From NCBI GenBank assembly GCA_002633005.1, contig NMRA01000300.1:10336-74335 (forward strand): DNA of 64,000 nucleotides. The letters are read 5' to 3'. The notes below the pieces were generated by a model that saw only the letters and a list, made by a program, of their open reading frames with translations, was not told the origin of the DNA and searched no databases. This DNA is from Phoronis australis. Lineage: Eukaryota; Animalia; Phoronida. Of this stretch, positions 62,201 to 64,000 are shown piece by piece; the stretch's first letter is position 1, and each line of letters begins with the position of its first letter. A program made the translations under genes and the position numbers.

Positions 62201-64000
62201 GGTAAACAAACAGTATAAACAGAACCACGAACTTGCAACATCAAATTATTGAATAAAATTGCGATACACTTAGAATATTCTGACAGTGAGTTAAACTTGA
62301 GAAAATATGGAAAATAAATTTAGACGCGACTTCGCTAGTACGGCCGGGTGGCTGCATGCCAAGAGAATGCCATTTGGTGGCGAAATAACTTCAGGTAGAA
62401 AACTTGCCATCGTGCCAAATGGTATAATATAAGTATTAGGGAGTTGAGTAAAAGGAATAATTCCCACTTAGTCAGAAACATTCGTTTACGCTGCTAACCG
62501 GCGGAGCCGGACCGCCTGGGCCAGACAGTGCCGTGCGCGCGCGGACATTTGTGCTCCGCGAGGCAAGATAAAAACATTAATTAGCCACCCGGCCCTGAAT
62601 GAGTGACATTCCTGTGACAAAGAGATTAAAAGATACTGCGTCATGCTCCTAACAATGCAATATTTTCCCATCGCCGACATTCAGTTCATCATTGACTAAA
62701 ATTCACTACACCCTCCCCTACACGGTTCGCGGCGCGGAATTTTTATATTTAGACGACAGAGGTATATATTGTAAGTTTGTTTTTGTGAGGTTTGAAAACA
62801 TATTGTCCCTGATAATTGAAAATCAAAGTCAATTTAGCAAGTGAATTTTCGAAGAGTCAAGCGACTGCCGGTTGGGGAATTACTACGGCCGGAGCTTCGC
62901 CGGTTGCTCAACTGTGTCCTGGCAGCAAAATCAAGTACAAATGTGGAGCTCACTGTTCTGAGATAAAACTTGTTCTTGTTTGTCGAAACATCGCCGTATG
63001 CGAATGTCTTTTTATTTCTATTTTACATTTTTAACAGCCAGTAAAGCCGGTGTCGATTTGCTGCCAATAACGCATTGCACTCACACCTCGGCGTAGTGCA
63101 CTGTGACACGGCAATTGTTCACCTCAGACTGGTAGGGCCTACTGTGCATCAATTTCACGATATGGAGATAAAGATAAGACATTTCTTGATCGGACTCGAA
63201 AACCGGCCATTTAACTCACGCAATGTCAATTTCCACTTTGTTTATCGAAGTGAGTCTCTCTTTGGGTTTTAATGTCCGCCGCGTGAATTGGCCTATCGCC
63301 AGGATTTTGTCTGACGGCTGAACTGACCTTTTAGAACTCATCATTCTTGACACACCTTCGTTTCCAAGCCGCCATTTTACCCGCCAAACAATAGGTTGCC
63401 GGGTAAAACTTATTGTTTGTAAGTGAACATTACGCAAGGGGGCGAAGCTTGCGATATATGAGGTCTATGATGTCGGAGCTTTAGTTCTCTTGAGGACGAC
63501 AGCTGAACTTGCAACTTATGCGCTCGCCTACAACTCAACTCGCCCGCATGCGCGAGGCTTTACGCATGCCTGTAATAAGGGCAAATCACAATCGAGGTCC
63601 ATATTTGATGGCCACTTTCGGTGAAAAATGAAGGTTGCCATATAACTGTAAAAGTTGAATTATTTTAAACTACCATCATTCCACGTTTGTAATCTAAAAT
63701 ATTTTTGCACAAGAACCACCGAATATAATTTTATGGCCTAATGCATCACAGTTGTATGAAAAGGTACGTACACTACAACTTGTGGTCACAGACCACTCCT
63801 GCCATGTAAAAATTCATTAGGTAGCTGATAATTTAACATCTTCTTGATCAAATTGAAGAAGTATCACATACTTCAGAAAGATAAGTTATTACCGTGCTGA
63901 TCAAGTTGTTCTAGATGATGATACTTTGCATATCTTAACACAGTATAATGAGAACTTCTTCTCTTGCAATATGTTTCTTACAAAAAGAAAATGACAAGTA

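Overview
Eukaryotic, AT-rich (roughly 38% GC by eye), repeat-dense, gene-poor genomic DNA from a draft assembly containing N gaps. Its transposon repertoire (Kolobok, Academ, Hero, Tx1/L1, Penelope-like, Helentron-like) suggests a marine invertebrate animal, possibly a deuterostome; this is an inference. I found no intact protein-coding gene, rRNA, tRNA or CRISPR array. Almost all listed ORFs are spurious or are transposon fragments. Supported content: (1) tandem Helentron/HINE-like termini at 1-600. (2) A 5.2-kb TIR element with a perfect 9-bp TSD at 1342-6509. (3) Several TTAA-type Kolobok elements, one retaining frameshifted THAP and KolX (P2X7-ballast/nanor-like) gene starts at 48645-49604. 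(4) A degenerate Tx1/L1 ORF2. (5) A Hero-like RLE retrotransposon 3' end. (6) An internally deleted Academ with an XPG-like domain. (7) Several MITEs, minisatellites and microsatellites. (8) Two single-N-separated duplications that are probably two haplotypes assembled in tandem; one exposes a presence/absence Kolobok insertion. The most unusual observations are an ~750-bp non-coding module shared between two transposons of different superfamilies, and a phased array of same-orientation CTCF-like motifs carried by a repeat. I cannot support a claim for a novel protein-coding system here.
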